A DNA stretch of 64,000 nt from an uncultured Gammaproteobacteria bacterium (GTDB lineage Bacteria; Patescibacteriota; Microgenomatia; Levybacterales; GWA1-39-11): assembly GCA_964450885.1 (NCBI GenBank), contig CAYVFE010000001.1:374572-438571 (forward strand). The letters are read 5' to 3'. Position 1 is the stretch's first letter; the number at the start of each line of letters is the position of its first letter. The translations under genes and the position numbers were made by a program. Of this stretch, positions 35,648-45,892 are shown in pieces. The notes beneath the pieces were generated by a model, which was not told the origin of the DNA, did no database searches, and was given only the letters and a program-made list of their open reading frames with translations.

Positions 35648-36568
35648 TTGAGCTATAATAAAAGTATGAATAAACTATCTGTCGTCATATCAGCCTTTAA
35701 TGAGGAAAAAAATATTGAAGATTGTCTTAGGTCCGTTAAGGATATAGCAACAGAGATTATAGTTATAGATAACACCTCTTCAGATAAAACTGCCGACATA
35801 GCAAGAAAGTACACAGACAAGGTTTTTGTTCGGGAAAATAATTTGATGCTTAATATCAATAAAAACTTCGGTATTGGCAAGGCTGCTGGTGAATGGGTGC
35901 TGGTCTTGGATGCGGATGAAAGACTGACTGAAGAATTGGCAGTGGAGATAAAAGAGCTAATAAGTTCTGACAGTAAAGATTCTGGGTATACCATGCCTAG
36001 GAAAAATATCATATTTGGAAAGTGGATAGAGAATACTGGCTGGTATCCAGATAGACAGTTGAGATTATTTAAGAAAAATAGTGGGAGGTTTGCTGAAAAA
36101 CATGTTCATGAAATGATTACGATCGATGGAAGTATCGGCGAATTAAAAAATTCTTTGTCTCACATTAACTATACTAGCGTGAGCCAGTTTTTAGATAAGA
36201 TGATTCGTGTATATACGATATCTGAGGCAGAAAATCTCCTAAAATCTGGGTATGTGCCTAAAATGGCAGACGCCATATTAATGCCCAGTGGAGAATTTTT
36301 AAAAAGATTTTTTGCGGAAAAGGGATACAAGGATGGTGCACATGGTCTATATCTATCACTGCTTATGGCGTTTTATCATTTCATTGTTTTCTTGCGTGTT
36401 TGGGAGGCAAAGTCTTACCCTGATAACAAAAATACGCTAGAAGAATTTACATCCGCAAGCAAAGAGTCATACCGTCAACTACGGTATTGGATTACTATTT
36501 CAAAAAATGAAAATGAAAAAAATCCGATAAAAAAAATATCGAGGAAAATACTCCATAAAATATCTTGA
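35648..36568 (+). CDS. GT2 glycosyltransferase
   Basis: Carries LSVVISAFNEEKNI…IIVIDNTSSDKT…LDADERLT (DXD). The C-terminal amphipathic region is shared with the GT2s at 41497 and 52501. Confidence 0.8.
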   Translation: MSYNKSMNKLSVVISAFNEEKNIEDCLRSVKDIATEIIVIDNTSSDKTADIARKYTDKVFVRENNLMLNINKNFGIGKAAGEWVLVLDADERLTEELAVEIKELISSDSKDSGYTMPRKNIIFGKWIENTGWYPDRQLRLFKKNSGRFAEKHVHEMITIDGSIGELKNSLSHINYTSVSQFLDKMIRVYTISEAENLLKSGYVPKMADAILMPSGEFLKRFFAEKGYKDGAHGLYLSLLMAFYHFIVFLRVWEAKSYPDNKNTLEEFTSASKESYRQLRYWITISKNENEKNPIKKISRKILHKIS

Positions 36569-36569
36569 T

Positions 36570-37484
36570 ATGACAAGAATTTCCATAGCTATTCTTCACT
36601 TTGGGAAAATCGAGACTACAAATAAGTGTCTCGATTCTATTTCTAAGCTTAATACAGATAAAATTGACTTGAGTGTTTTTGTTGTTAACAATGATCCTGG
36701 TGTCGTTTTCCCGGAAATTAAATCTTTAGGAAAGACCAGCATTGTTGTTGTAAACAATAAAGTAAATAACGGATTCTCAGGAGGACATAATCAGGGATTT
36801 GAGTTCTCACTTAAAAATAATTCTGACTATCATGTCGTTTTGAATAACGATGTTACTTTGGATAAGGATATTATAATTGAGATGGTTAATTGTTTTAAGA
36901 ATAATGAAAATGTTGGTATTGTCTCTCCAAAGATATATTTTTCCAAAGGAGATGAATATCATAAGAATAGATATAAGAAAAGCGATTTGGGAAAAGTAAT
37001 TTGGTATGCAGGGGGATTGACTGATTGGGATAATCTTATTAATAAACATAGAGGTGTAGATGAAGTAGACGAGGGGCAATATGAAGATGATATAGAGACA
37101 GGATTTGCGACTGGTGCGTGTGCTATGCTTCCTGCAAAAATAATCAAAAAAATAAAGGGTTTTGATGAGAGATATTTCCTGTATTATGAAGATGGAGATC
37201 TTAATATGAGAATAAAAGATGCTGGATACAGGTCATATTATTGTGCCAAAGCAAAAATGTGGCATAAAAATGCTGCATCCTCGAGCTCCGGGTCTACTCT
37301 TCAGGATTATTATATAAGTAGAAATAGAATGCTTTTCGGATTTTCCTATGCTCCACTTAGAACAAAGATCGCTTTATCAAGAGAAAGTTTTAAAATGCTT
37401 ACTTCGGGAAGGAAGTGGCAAAAAATTGGAATAAGAGATTTCTACATGAGAAGATTTGGTAAGGGTAGCTATCCGATTCAGTAA
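36570..37484 (+). CDS. GT2 glycosyltransferase (rhamnosyltransferase/WbbL-like)
   Basis: Carries ISIAILHFGK…VVNNDPG…FSGGHNQGFE…LNNDV…ATGACAML. Confidence 0.75.
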   Translation: MTRISIAILHFGKIETTNKCLDSISKLNTDKIDLSVFVVNNDPGVVFPEIKSLGKTSIVVVNNKVNNGFSGGHNQGFEFSLKNNSDYHVVLNNDVTLDKDIIIEMVNCFKNNENVGIVSPKIYFSKGDEYHKNRYKKSDLGKVIWYAGGLTDWDNLINKHRGVDEVDEGQYEDDIETGFATGACAMLPAKIIKKIKGFDERYFLYYEDGDLNMRIKDAGYRSYYCAKAKMWHKNAASSSSGSTLQDYYISRNRMLFGFSYAPLRTKIALSRESFKMLTSGRKWQKIGIRDFYMRRFGKGSYPIQ

Positions 37485-37485
37485 G

Positions 37486-39180
37486 ATGTTGAAAAAAAAA
37501 GGATTTATTTTTTTAATTTTTATAATTCTGGTTGGACTTGTTCCGCTTCTGGATTTATTTAATAGTGGATTGCCTCTAACTCATGATGGTAAAGACCATG
37601 TAGCAAGAATCGCAAATTTCTACCAGTCTTTAGTAGAGGGTAATATAATTCCCCGTTGGGGCGCTAATTTGAATTGGGGATTCGGGCATCCAGTAATGAT
37701 GTTTCTGTATCCATTTTCTTCTTACGCAGCCTCACTATTCCATTTTCTTGGCTTTACTCTAATCGATTCTCTTAAGATCGTTTTTGGGGTATCATTTGTG
37801 GTTTCAGGTATTGGGATGTATTTGTGGGTCAATAAGCTTTTTGGGAATTATTCCGGTGTGCTTGCAGCAGTTCTTTATATGTTCGCTCCATATAGATTCG
37901 TGAACTTATATGTGAGAGGAGCCATAGGTGAGCATGTGTCATTTACATTTATTCCATTCATACTCTTTTTCATAACTAGAATATTTTTCAACAAGAAAAA
38001 ATCACTGCGGTCAATTCTTCCTGATTTAATATGTGTGTCAGTATTTACAGCTTTCTTGATTCTTTCCCATAACGCACTAAGCATTTTGTTTTTAGTCTTT
38101 GCGGCTTTTTATACACTAGTGCTTTTCTATAGTATTCGTGAGGTAAGAAAATTAATTTTTATATTCATTAGTGTTATTTACGGCTTTTTACTGTCGGCAT
38201 TTTTTTGGCTTCCCGCATATATAGAGGGAAAGTACACTCTTCGTGACATAGTGACTGGAGGTTTTGAGTATGCCGATAGATTTGTTATTAGTCCAGTTGA
38301 ATTCATCATGCCTTCTTGGAGCTATGGCATTACAGGTCAGTTGTCTGTACAGATCGGTATATTACATATATCACTAATTATCATTTCCTTATTTGTGGTT
38401 TTTAAACTATCAAAAAAAGAAAAACTTACGAAAAGCCTTTTCATCTTAACCTTTGCATTCTTTCTTCTTTCTTTATTTATGATGTTGAAACAGTCCGATT
38501 TCATATGGAGTTCCATAAGTACTATTCAGAAATTTCAATTTCCATGGAGATTCCTGTCTTTGACAGTTTTGACTAGCGCTTTTTTGGGCGCGTTTTGCTT
38601 TGCCGTAATTAAAAAAGAAAATAAGAAAATAGTAGGAATAGCTATTGTTTTGCTTCTAACGGCTTTCTTTTATGCTTCTTACTGGAGGGCAAACGATTAT
38701 TTACTAAAGTCAGATGGATTCTTTAAGTCGGTTTATCACGGTACTACAGACACCGGAGAGAGTTCTCCTATCTGGTCAATAAGATTTATGGAAAAAGAGG
38801 CGAGTGGTCCTATTGAGGTAATTTCAGGGAGTGCATTAATTCAAGAAAAATATAGATCGACGACAAGTCATGTGTACACTGTGGACGTACAACAAAGAGC
38901 TAGGATAAAAGAGAACACGCTTTATTTTCCAGGCTGGAATATATATGTTAATGACAAGAAGCTTGATGTGAACTCAGAAATAGAATTTCAAGATCCACAA
39001 AATAGGGGTGTAATGACTTTCTGGTTGGACCCGGGTAAATATAACGTCAGGGTTGAGTTTGAAGAAACACGATTGAGGACAGTTTCTGCTGCAGCGTCTA
39101 TACTATCACTTATTTCTCTTGCATTGCTTACTATATATATGGTTGTGGTTAAGAAAACCAATGAAAAAAATAATTCTTAA
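37486..39180 (+). CDS. PTPS-related polytopic membrane protein (GT-C-like), paralog 3
   Basis: Carries LDLFNSGLPLTHDGKDHVARIANFYQSLVEGNIIPRWGANLNWGFGHP and a C-terminal YFPGWNIYVND. The ATG at 37486 directly follows the upstream stop. Confidence 0.7.
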   Translation: MLKKKGFIFLIFIILVGLVPLLDLFNSGLPLTHDGKDHVARIANFYQSLVEGNIIPRWGANLNWGFGHPVMMFLYPFSSYAASLFHFLGFTLIDSLKIVFGVSFVVSGIGMYLWVNKLFGNYSGVLAAVLYMFAPYRFVNLYVRGAIGEHVSFTFIPFILFFITRIFFNKKKSLRSILPDLICVSVFTAFLILSHNALSILFLVFAAFYTLVLFYSIREVRKLIFIFISVIYGFLLSAFFWLPAYIEGKYTLRDIVTGGFEYADRFVISPVEFIMPSWSYGITGQLSVQIGILHISLIIISLFVVFKLSKKEKLTKSLFILTFAFFLLSLFMMLKQSDFIWSSISTIQKFQFPWRFLSLTVLTSAFLGAFCFAVIKKENKKIVGIAIVLLLTAFFYASYWRANDYLLKSDGFFKSVYHGTTDTGESSPIWSIRFMEKEASGPIEVISGSALIQEKYRSTTSHVYTVDVQQRARIKENTLYFPGWNIYVNDKKLDVNSEIEFQDPQNRGVMTFWLDPGKYNVRVEFEETRLRTVSAAASILSLISLALLTIYMVVVKKTNEKNNS

Positions 39181-41500
39181 ATACTGGCCCACTATCTTTA
39201 TAATGTTATTCTGGGGTCTTTTTTCAGCCCCTTATTTACTGGAAGGTCTTGTTCCTTATCCATCTTTCTTCCAGTCAAATTTCTTTGCGCCATGGAGCGC
39301 TTATTCCACATATGTAGGACCTGTAAAGAACAATGCAATGCCGGACATCATTACACAGATATATCCATGGAGGGACTTTACTATAGACTCATTAAAAAAT
39401 CTACAGATACCATTCTGGAATCCTTATAGCTTTGCAGGAACACCGCATCTGGCAAACTATCAGTCCGCTGTTTTTTTTCCACTAAATATACTTTTCTTTC
39501 TACCGATAGGATTTGTAAATTCTTGGAGTCTTTTGGTTCTACTCCAGCCCCTGCTGGCAGGTCTTGGCATGCTAGTTCTTCTTAGAAATTATAAATTGTC
39601 ACAAATACCTAGCGTTATGGGGGCGGTTTCATTTATGTTCTGTGGATTTATCGTTACATGGATGGGATACGCGACATTGGGGTATGCAATTGTTTTCTTG
39701 CCGTTAGCATTTTTCTTTATAGACAAATTCATGGAGCAGGAAAAAAGTCGGTATGGGGTCATGCTCTCGATTACTTTGGCGCTTTCATTTTTTGCAGGAC
39801 ATTTCCAGACGAGTATTTATCTTCTCATCGCAGTTTTTTCATACGTATTGTTTATTGGAATAAGAAAAAAAGAAAAAAGAAGATTTGTTTATTTAATTAT
39901 ATATTTGGCATCAGGGATATTTATTTCAATGCCTCAGATCCTTCCCTCAATAGAGTTTTATCTTCATTCAGTAAGACAAACGATTGTGACACAGCTCGAG
40001 GTAATACCTATGCAGTATATTCCAACACTATTTGCGCCTGATGTATTTGGAAATCCAGTAACCCGCAATGATTGGTTGGGGCATTATGCTGAGTGGAATG
40101 GTTTTACAGGTACATCAACTCTCATTCTTGCTTTTTTTGCTGCAATTTCTTTGCTAAGGAAGAATAAGAAAGTCTTGTACTTTTCTATCCTTGCGATTTT
40201 CTCTCTACTTGTGGCGTTTGATACTCCAGTTAATGCTCTAATTTTCAAACTAAACCTTCCTCTATTTTCCACAAGTGCATCCAGCAGAATTATAGTGTTG
40301 TTGTCGTTTTCTTTATCTGTTTTAGCAGCATTCGGAGTAGATTATTTGAAAAAGAATATTAAGGAGATATCCTTTAGAAGAGTTTTGCTATTTTTGGGGA
40401 TTGGGTTATTTTTTACGGTTTTATCATGGACAGTGTCTCTTGTAGTTACCGCGGGAGATGTGGAAAAATTTATAATAGCGAGAAACAATCTAATAGTCCC
40501 TACAGGCATATCTTTGGTCGTGTCCGCACTTATACTAGCGCTATATTTTTTCAAAAAAAGAAGAAATCTGATAAGTATAATTTTGCTATTTATGCTTATC
40601 ATAACAGCCTTTGATCTATATAGATTTGCGAATAAATGGATGCCTTTTTCTCCAAAAGAATTTATTTTTAAAGAAACAGGTGTATCAAATTTTTATGAAA
40701 ATAATTTGACTCAAAGCAGATATCTTGGGAATCTATCAGCGGAAAATTCAGTTTATTATAGACTGCAGTCTCTTGGTGGATATGATCCACTATACCCATC
40801 GCGGTATGGGGAATTCGTCAAGTATATAGAGAAAGGAATTAAAGAAGATGGAGACAGGTCTGTGGTTAATTTTCCGTTGCGCGGTGAGCGAGTTGGCAAG
40901 GCTATGGATTTTATTGGTACAGAATTTATACCACAAAAAAGATCAGATGATAGTAAGCCCTGGGCATTTAATTTTGACGCTTTTCCTGTTGAAAAATTTG
41001 AAGTGGTATATGAGGATGATGCGTATAGAATATTTAGGAATAAAGATGCATTTCCGAGAGCATTTGTTGTGGGTTCTTATATTGTTGAGGATAACGACCT
41101 AAAGACGCTTCAGTTGATGTTCGCTGATGACACAAATCTACGCGACAAAGTGTTTCTTGAAAAAAGTCCACAAATCGAAAGCCATGAGCTCAATGTATCT
41201 TCTGCTGAGGTTGTAGCTTATTCACCAAATAGTGTTGAGATAAATGTTAATTCTGAAAATAGAGCAATACTTGTATTGACTGATAATTTTTACCCTGGTT
41301 GGAAAGCTTATATTAATAACGAAAATACAGAAATATTAAGAGCAGATTATACATTTAGAGCTGTTGTTGTGCCAGAAGGAAACTCTATTGTTAGATTTGA
41401 ATATTTGCCTCAATCTTTTATCTATGGGTTATATACTGCTATCTTAGGAAGTACGGTCCTGGTTGTAATGTCATTGGTTTATAATAAAAAAAGAAAATGA
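39161..41500 (+). CDS. YfhO-family membrane protein, paralog 2
   Basis: Carries QIYPWRDFTIDSLKNLQIPFWNPYSFAGTPHLANYQSAVFFPLN and a C-terminal FYPGWKAYINN. Confidence 0.85.
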   Translation: MKKIILKYWPTIFIMLFWGLFSAPYLLEGLVPYPSFFQSNFFAPWSAYSTYVGPVKNNAMPDIITQIYPWRDFTIDSLKNLQIPFWNPYSFAGTPHLANYQSAVFFPLNILFFLPIGFVNSWSLLVLLQPLLAGLGMLVLLRNYKLSQIPSVMGAVSFMFCGFIVTWMGYATLGYAIVFLPLAFFFIDKFMEQEKSRYGVMLSITLALSFFAGHFQTSIYLLIAVFSYVLFIGIRKKEKRRFVYLIIYLASGIFISMPQILPSIEFYLHSVRQTIVTQLEVIPMQYIPTLFAPDVFGNPVTRNDWLGHYAEWNGFTGTSTLILAFFAAISLLRKNKKVLYFSILAIFSLLVAFDTPVNALIFKLNLPLFSTSASSRIIVLLSFSLSVLAAFGVDYLKKNIKEISFRRVLLFLGIGLFFTVLSWTVSLVVTAGDVEKFIIARNNLIVPTGISLVVSALILALYFFKKRRNLISIILLFMLIITAFDLYRFANKWMPFSPKEFIFKETGVSNFYENNLTQSRYLGNLSAENSVYYRLQSLGGYDPLYPSRYGEFVKYIEKGIKEDGDRSVVNFPLRGERVGKAMDFIGTEFIPQKRSDDSKPWAFNFDAFPVEKFEVVYEDDAYRIFRNKDAFPRAFVVGSYIVEDNDLKTLQLMFADDTNLRDKVFLEKSPQIESHELNVSSAEVVAYSPNSVEINVNSENRAILVLTDNFYPGWKAYINNENTEILRADYTFRAVVVPEGNSIVRFEYLPQSFIYGLYTAILGSTVLVVMSLVYNKKRK

Positions 41501-42240
41501 AAAAAATAGATGTGCTTATTTTGACTAACAACGAAGAAGACGTAATTGAAAATGCTATAAAAAGCGTAAAAGGTTGGGCGGAGAATATCATAGTAGTTGA
41601 TGCTGGATCCACAGATAACACAAAAAAAATTTGCGAAAAGAATAAAGTGAGATTTATTACCCATAGCTTTACCGACTTTTCGGCTCAAAGAAATTTTGCG
41701 ATTGATCAAGCTAAATCTGAATGGGTGTTTTATCTAGACGCTGATGAAAGAGCTACTCAAGCATTTATAGAAGAAGTGAAGATGCGGATAGAGGATACTG
41801 ATAAGTCTGCATTTATCATAAAAAGGAAGACTTATTATTTCGGTAAAGACTGGGGGATGGAGGACAAAGTCACGAGAATATTTAAAAAAGATAAATTTGA
41901 TAAATGGACAGGTGTAGTTCATGAGACAGCACACGTAAATGGCGATTCTGGGCGAATAGATTCACCCATATTGCACTATACGCATCGCAATATCGAACAA
42001 ATGGTTACAAAGACAAATAACTGGTCGGAATATGAGGCGAAACTCAGATTTGATGCAGATCATCCAAAAATGCGTGAGTGGAGATTTATGCGGGTGATGG
42101 TATCTGAGTTTATGCGAAGCTACTTTAAAGATAAAGGATACAAAAATGGTACCTACGGAGTTGTAGAAGCTTTATATCAGGCATATTCGATTTTTATAAC
42201 CTACGCAAAGTTGTGGGAGTTGCAGACCAGAAAAGACTAG
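41497..42240 (+). CDS. GT2 glycosyltransferase
   Basis: Carries IDVLILTNNEED…IIVVDAGSTDNT…LDADERAT. The start overlaps the upstream stop in an ATGA arrangement. Confidence 0.8.
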   Translation: MKKIDVLILTNNEEDVIENAIKSVKGWAENIIVVDAGSTDNTKKICEKNKVRFITHSFTDFSAQRNFAIDQAKSEWVFYLDADERATQAFIEEVKMRIEDTDKSAFIIKRKTYYFGKDWGMEDKVTRIFKKDKFDKWTGVVHETAHVNGDSGRIDSPILHYTHRNIEQMVTKTNNWSEYEAKLRFDADHPKMREWRFMRVMVSEFMRSYFKDKGYKNGTYGVVEALYQAYSIFITYAKLWELQTRKD

Positions 42241-42482
42241 CCCTTTCTAAATATCTTTTTCCAGGATTTAATTTCTTTGAGTGTAAGTCTTTTTTTAGAA
42301 AATCTGAATAAATAGACCAATTCGAGTATTCCGACAGTATTTATTATAAGCATCACAATGAACCAATTTTGCTGCTTTTGATTTGCAGACTTCCACAACG
42401 CTATGCCTTTGATCAATGTTGACCAGATAGTTATTACCGTAATTATTATAAAATCTATGTTTTGATCTCCCGTAAGGCCCAT
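42237..42482 (-). CDS. Hypothetical small membrane protein (2 TM); the only minus-strand gene inside the cluster
   Basis: 81 aa and hydrophobic. Its stop overlaps the GT2 stop. Confidence 0.35.
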   Translation of the reverse strand: MGLTGDQNIDFIIITVITIWSTLIKGIALWKSANQKQQNWFIVMLIINTVGILELVYLFRFSKKRLTLKEIKSWKKIFRKG

Positions 42483-42545
42483 TAAATCAATTTAACATAG
42501 CTTTCTATAATTATCAATTGTTGGTACAATTAGCTTATAACTAGA

Positions 42546-43604
42546 ATGAAAATTGGGATATATTCACCATACTTAGATACTCTGACGGGGGGAGAGCTCT
42601 ATATTTTTACGATAGCAGAAGTCTTGTCGAAGAATCATGATGTGTTCTTGTTTTGGGACAAAAAAGAGATAGTAGATAAGGCAGAAAAAAGATTTAATCT
42701 AGATCTATCAAAAGTGAACATTCTAGAAAATATATTTTCTAGAAGATATGGTTTTTTTGATCGGATAAAATCATCAAGTAGTTTTGATCGTATTATTTAC
42801 CTTTCAGACGGGAGTTTGCCTTTTGTTGGTTTAAATAAGTTAATAGTGCATTTCCAATTCCCAATACTTAAAAAAAATGTTTCTCTTTCCGAAAGAAAAA
42901 AGATACTTTTCGTAAAAAGTGTTATTTGTAACTCTGAATTTACAAAAAAATATATAGATAAAGCATATGGTGTTAAAAGCCAGATACTCTATCCACCTGC
43001 ACAGAAAATTGGGCCGAGTAGGGATGCGAAAGAAAATATTATCTTAACTGTGGGCAGGTACCAGCCGTATGGTGATGGATCGGACTATAAAAAATTAAGC
43101 TTTATGATAGAAGCATTTAAAAAAATACATAAGAAAAATCCAAAGTGGAAGATGCTCATTATAACTAGCGTTAAAGACGCGGATGGTAAAGCATTCAAGA
43201 AAGAAATAGAAAATAAAGTTGATAAATCAATAGAAATAGTAAAGAATGCTGGATTTGATATTATTCAAAATGCATACAAAAAATCCAAGATCTATTGGCA
43301 TGCATCGGGATTTGGAGAGGACTTGGGAACTCATCCAGAAAGAGCAGAGCATTTTGGTATGTCTACCGTTGAGGCGATGTCTGCAGGTTGTATACCTGTT
43401 GTAATTAACGCAGGAGGCCAGAGCGAGATAGTTAGTGACGGTGAAAGCGGATTCTTGTGGGATAAGGAGGATGAGTTGTTGAACCTTACCCAGCAAATGA
43501 TTGACAGTAAGGATTTTAAAGTATTGTCAGAAAGGGTAAGGAAAGCGTCTGAGAGATTCGGTAAAGATAGATTTGCAGACGAGCTAGATAAGCTGATCAG
43601 ATGA
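42546..43604 (+). CDS. GT4 glycosyltransferase (GT-B fold)
   Basis: The C-terminal domain carries HFGMSTVEAMSAGCIPVVINAGGQSEIV…GFLWD, the GT4 signature with an EX7E-type motif. Confidence 0.8.
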   Translation: MKIGIYSPYLDTLTGGELYIFTIAEVLSKNHDVFLFWDKKEIVDKAEKRFNLDLSKVNILENIFSRRYGFFDRIKSSSSFDRIIYLSDGSLPFVGLNKLIVHFQFPILKKNVSLSERKKILFVKSVICNSEFTKKYIDKAYGVKSQILYPPAQKIGPSRDAKENIILTVGRYQPYGDGSDYKKLSFMIEAFKKIHKKNPKWKMLIITSVKDADGKAFKKEIENKVDKSIEIVKNAGFDIIQNAYKKSKIYWHASGFGEDLGTHPERAEHFGMSTVEAMSAGCIPVVINAGGQSEIVSDGESGFLWDKEDELLNLTQQMIDSKDFKVLSERVRKASERFGKDRFADELDKLIR

Positions 43605-45892
43605 TGGAATTTATAAGAAAAAATATACACATATTGTTTGGAGTGTTCTTTGTATCTATTTTTTTTCATAAGTTTTTTATTCAGGGATTACTTCCGATAC
43701 CAACAGATACGATAGTTGGTCTATATCATCCATACCGAGATTTTTACAGCTCGGAATATCCCAGAGGCATTCCCTTTAAGAACATGCAGATCAGCGATCC
43801 TGTAAGGCAGCAATACTTATGGAAAGAGCTTGCAGTCTCCCAAATGAAACAAGGGGAATTGCCTTTATGGAATCCATATAACTTTTCTGGATATCCTCTT
43901 ATGGCAAATTTCCAGACCGCAGCTTTTTACCCCCTAAATTTTTTAATGTTTATTACTTCGTTTGAATATGGTTGGTCGCTTCTTATATTCTCTCAAATCT
44001 TGCTCGCGTTTCTTTTTATGTACTTATACCTAACAAATCTAAAAGTTAGCAGAATAGGGTCACTTATAGGATCATTGTCATTCGCGTTTTGCGGATTCTT
44101 TGTGTCATGGCTTGAGTGGGGAAATATAGTAAGTACAGGTTTATGGCTACCTTTAATTTTGCTTTCTATAGATAAATTTTCATCAAAAAACGCTAATTTC
44201 ACATTAAAGAAAAAACTTATTTGGCCGACTGTTTTGTTTTTTGCATTTATCTGTTCATTTTTTGCCGGGCATCTGCAAACATTTTTGTATCTTTCGCTGA
44301 TATCTTTTGGTTACGCAGCAATGCAATTTGTAAGCGTCAGGCTTAAAATCAAACAGATCCTTTTGCTAATACTTTATGGTTTAATTTTTCTTATAGTAAC
44401 AGCTATTCAATGGGTGCCTACACTGCAGTTGATTAGTCTATCCGCAAGAGAAGTGGATCAGGTTGCAACGAACATTCCAGGGTGGTTTATCCCATGGCAG
44501 AACTTAACACAATTTATCGCGCCGGATTTTTTTGGGAATCCGGCGACTCTCAACTATTGGGGCGTTTGGAATTATGGTGAATTTGTAGGCTACATAGGTC
44601 TTTTACCATTGATTTTGGCCCTAGGCGTAATGGTCTTCAAACGCGATAAATTTACAAATTTCTTTGGTAGTGTACTCATTGTAGCTATGATCTGTGCATA
44701 TCCATCTATTATCTCCAAAATACCATTTATTCTCGAGATCCCTTTTATCTCTACATCTCAGCCTACCAGGCTCTTGTATGTGGTAGACTTGTCGCTTGCT
44801 GTGCTTGCTGCTTTTGGATTCGATTACTTTATGAAACATAGAAAGAGAATAGTTTTTCCTGTGATTGTGATTGGAGGTATTCTGAGTGCGCTTTGGGCAT
44901 ACGTCTACTTTAATGACTTGTTGCCCACAAGGCTTTTGACAGAATCTGGAAATATAGCTGTTACAAAGAGTAACCTGAGACTTCCTACGCTAATCTTTGG
45001 GATGACAGCAGTCTTATTGGTGGGAAAAGCTTTACTGCCAAAGAAATTTATTAAAGGTCGTTCTGGTAGCATTGTCATGGTTTTGGTTTTATCATTATTT
45101 TTAATAGATATTTTTAGGTTTGCAGATAAATATACGGTATTCTCTAGAAAAGAGTATTTATATCCGGAAACTAAATCATTGGAATATCTTTCAAATCAGG
45201 AAGGACATTTTCGCATAATGGAAACTGATTCTAGGCTTTTGCCACCTAATTTTTCGATAAAATATGGCATTCAAAGCGTAGATGGATATGATCCATTATA
45301 TCTTCTAAGGTATGGAGAGCTCGCAGCCGCGGTTGGACGCAGCGATCCTGATATCAATCCACCATTCGGATTTAATCGCATAATAACCCCACAAAATTAT
45401 CACGATAAAATAATCAATATTTTCAATGTGGAATACATCCTTTCTCTTACGGAACTGGATAATACAGACTATGAAAAAGTATTTGAGGAAAATGAGACCA
45501 GAGTTTACAGAAATAACGGACTTATAGAAAGGGCATTCTTTGCAGGTGCAACTTATGGAGCAAAAGATAAGTATGATGCTATTGGGAAGTTATTTGAGCA
45601 CGAAGATAACCTAGATCTTGACGTTATAGTTGAGGGTGCCAATTACCAAAGATTTGATAAAATGTGGTCAACGGGTAGTGTTGAGATTACTAAGTATTCT
45701 GCTAATGAAGTTAGACTGAGCGTAGATAATGACGAAGAAGGATTTTTGGTTCTCACAGACACGTACTATCCCACATGGAAAGCCGAGGTCGATGGTGTTC
45801 CCACAGAGATATTTATAGCAAACTATAATTTTCGAGGAGTAATTGTGCCAGCAGGATCTAAAGAAGTAATATTTACAAATCATATATTCTAA
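43601..45892 (+). CDS. YfhO-family membrane protein, paralog 3
   Basis: Carries QQYLWKELAVSQMKQGELPLWNPYNFSGYPLMANFQTAAFYPLN and a C-terminal YYPTWKAEVDG. Confidence 0.85.
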   Translation: MMEFIRKNIHILFGVFFVSIFFHKFFIQGLLPIPTDTIVGLYHPYRDFYSSEYPRGIPFKNMQISDPVRQQYLWKELAVSQMKQGELPLWNPYNFSGYPLMANFQTAAFYPLNFLMFITSFEYGWSLLIFSQILLAFLFMYLYLTNLKVSRIGSLIGSLSFAFCGFFVSWLEWGNIVSTGLWLPLILLSIDKFSSKNANFTLKKKLIWPTVLFFAFICSFFAGHLQTFLYLSLISFGYAAMQFVSVRLKIKQILLLILYGLIFLIVTAIQWVPTLQLISLSAREVDQVATNIPGWFIPWQNLTQFIAPDFFGNPATLNYWGVWNYGEFVGYIGLLPLILALGVMVFKRDKFTNFFGSVLIVAMICAYPSIISKIPFILEIPFISTSQPTRLLYVVDLSLAVLAAFGFDYFMKHRKRIVFPVIVIGGILSALWAYVYFNDLLPTRLLTESGNIAVTKSNLRLPTLIFGMTAVLLVGKALLPKKFIKGRSGSIVMVLVLSLFLIDIFRFADKYTVFSRKEYLYPETKSLEYLSNQEGHFRIMETDSRLLPPNFSIKYGIQSVDGYDPLYLLRYGELAAAVGRSDPDINPPFGFNRIITPQNYHDKIINIFNVEYILSLTELDNTDYEKVFEENETRVYRNNGLIERAFFAGATYGAKDKYDAIGKLFEHEDNLDLDVIVEGANYQRFDKMWSTGSVEITKYSANEVRLSVDNDEEGFLVLTDTYYPTWKAEVDGVPTEIFIANYNFRGVIVPAGSKEVIFTNHIF

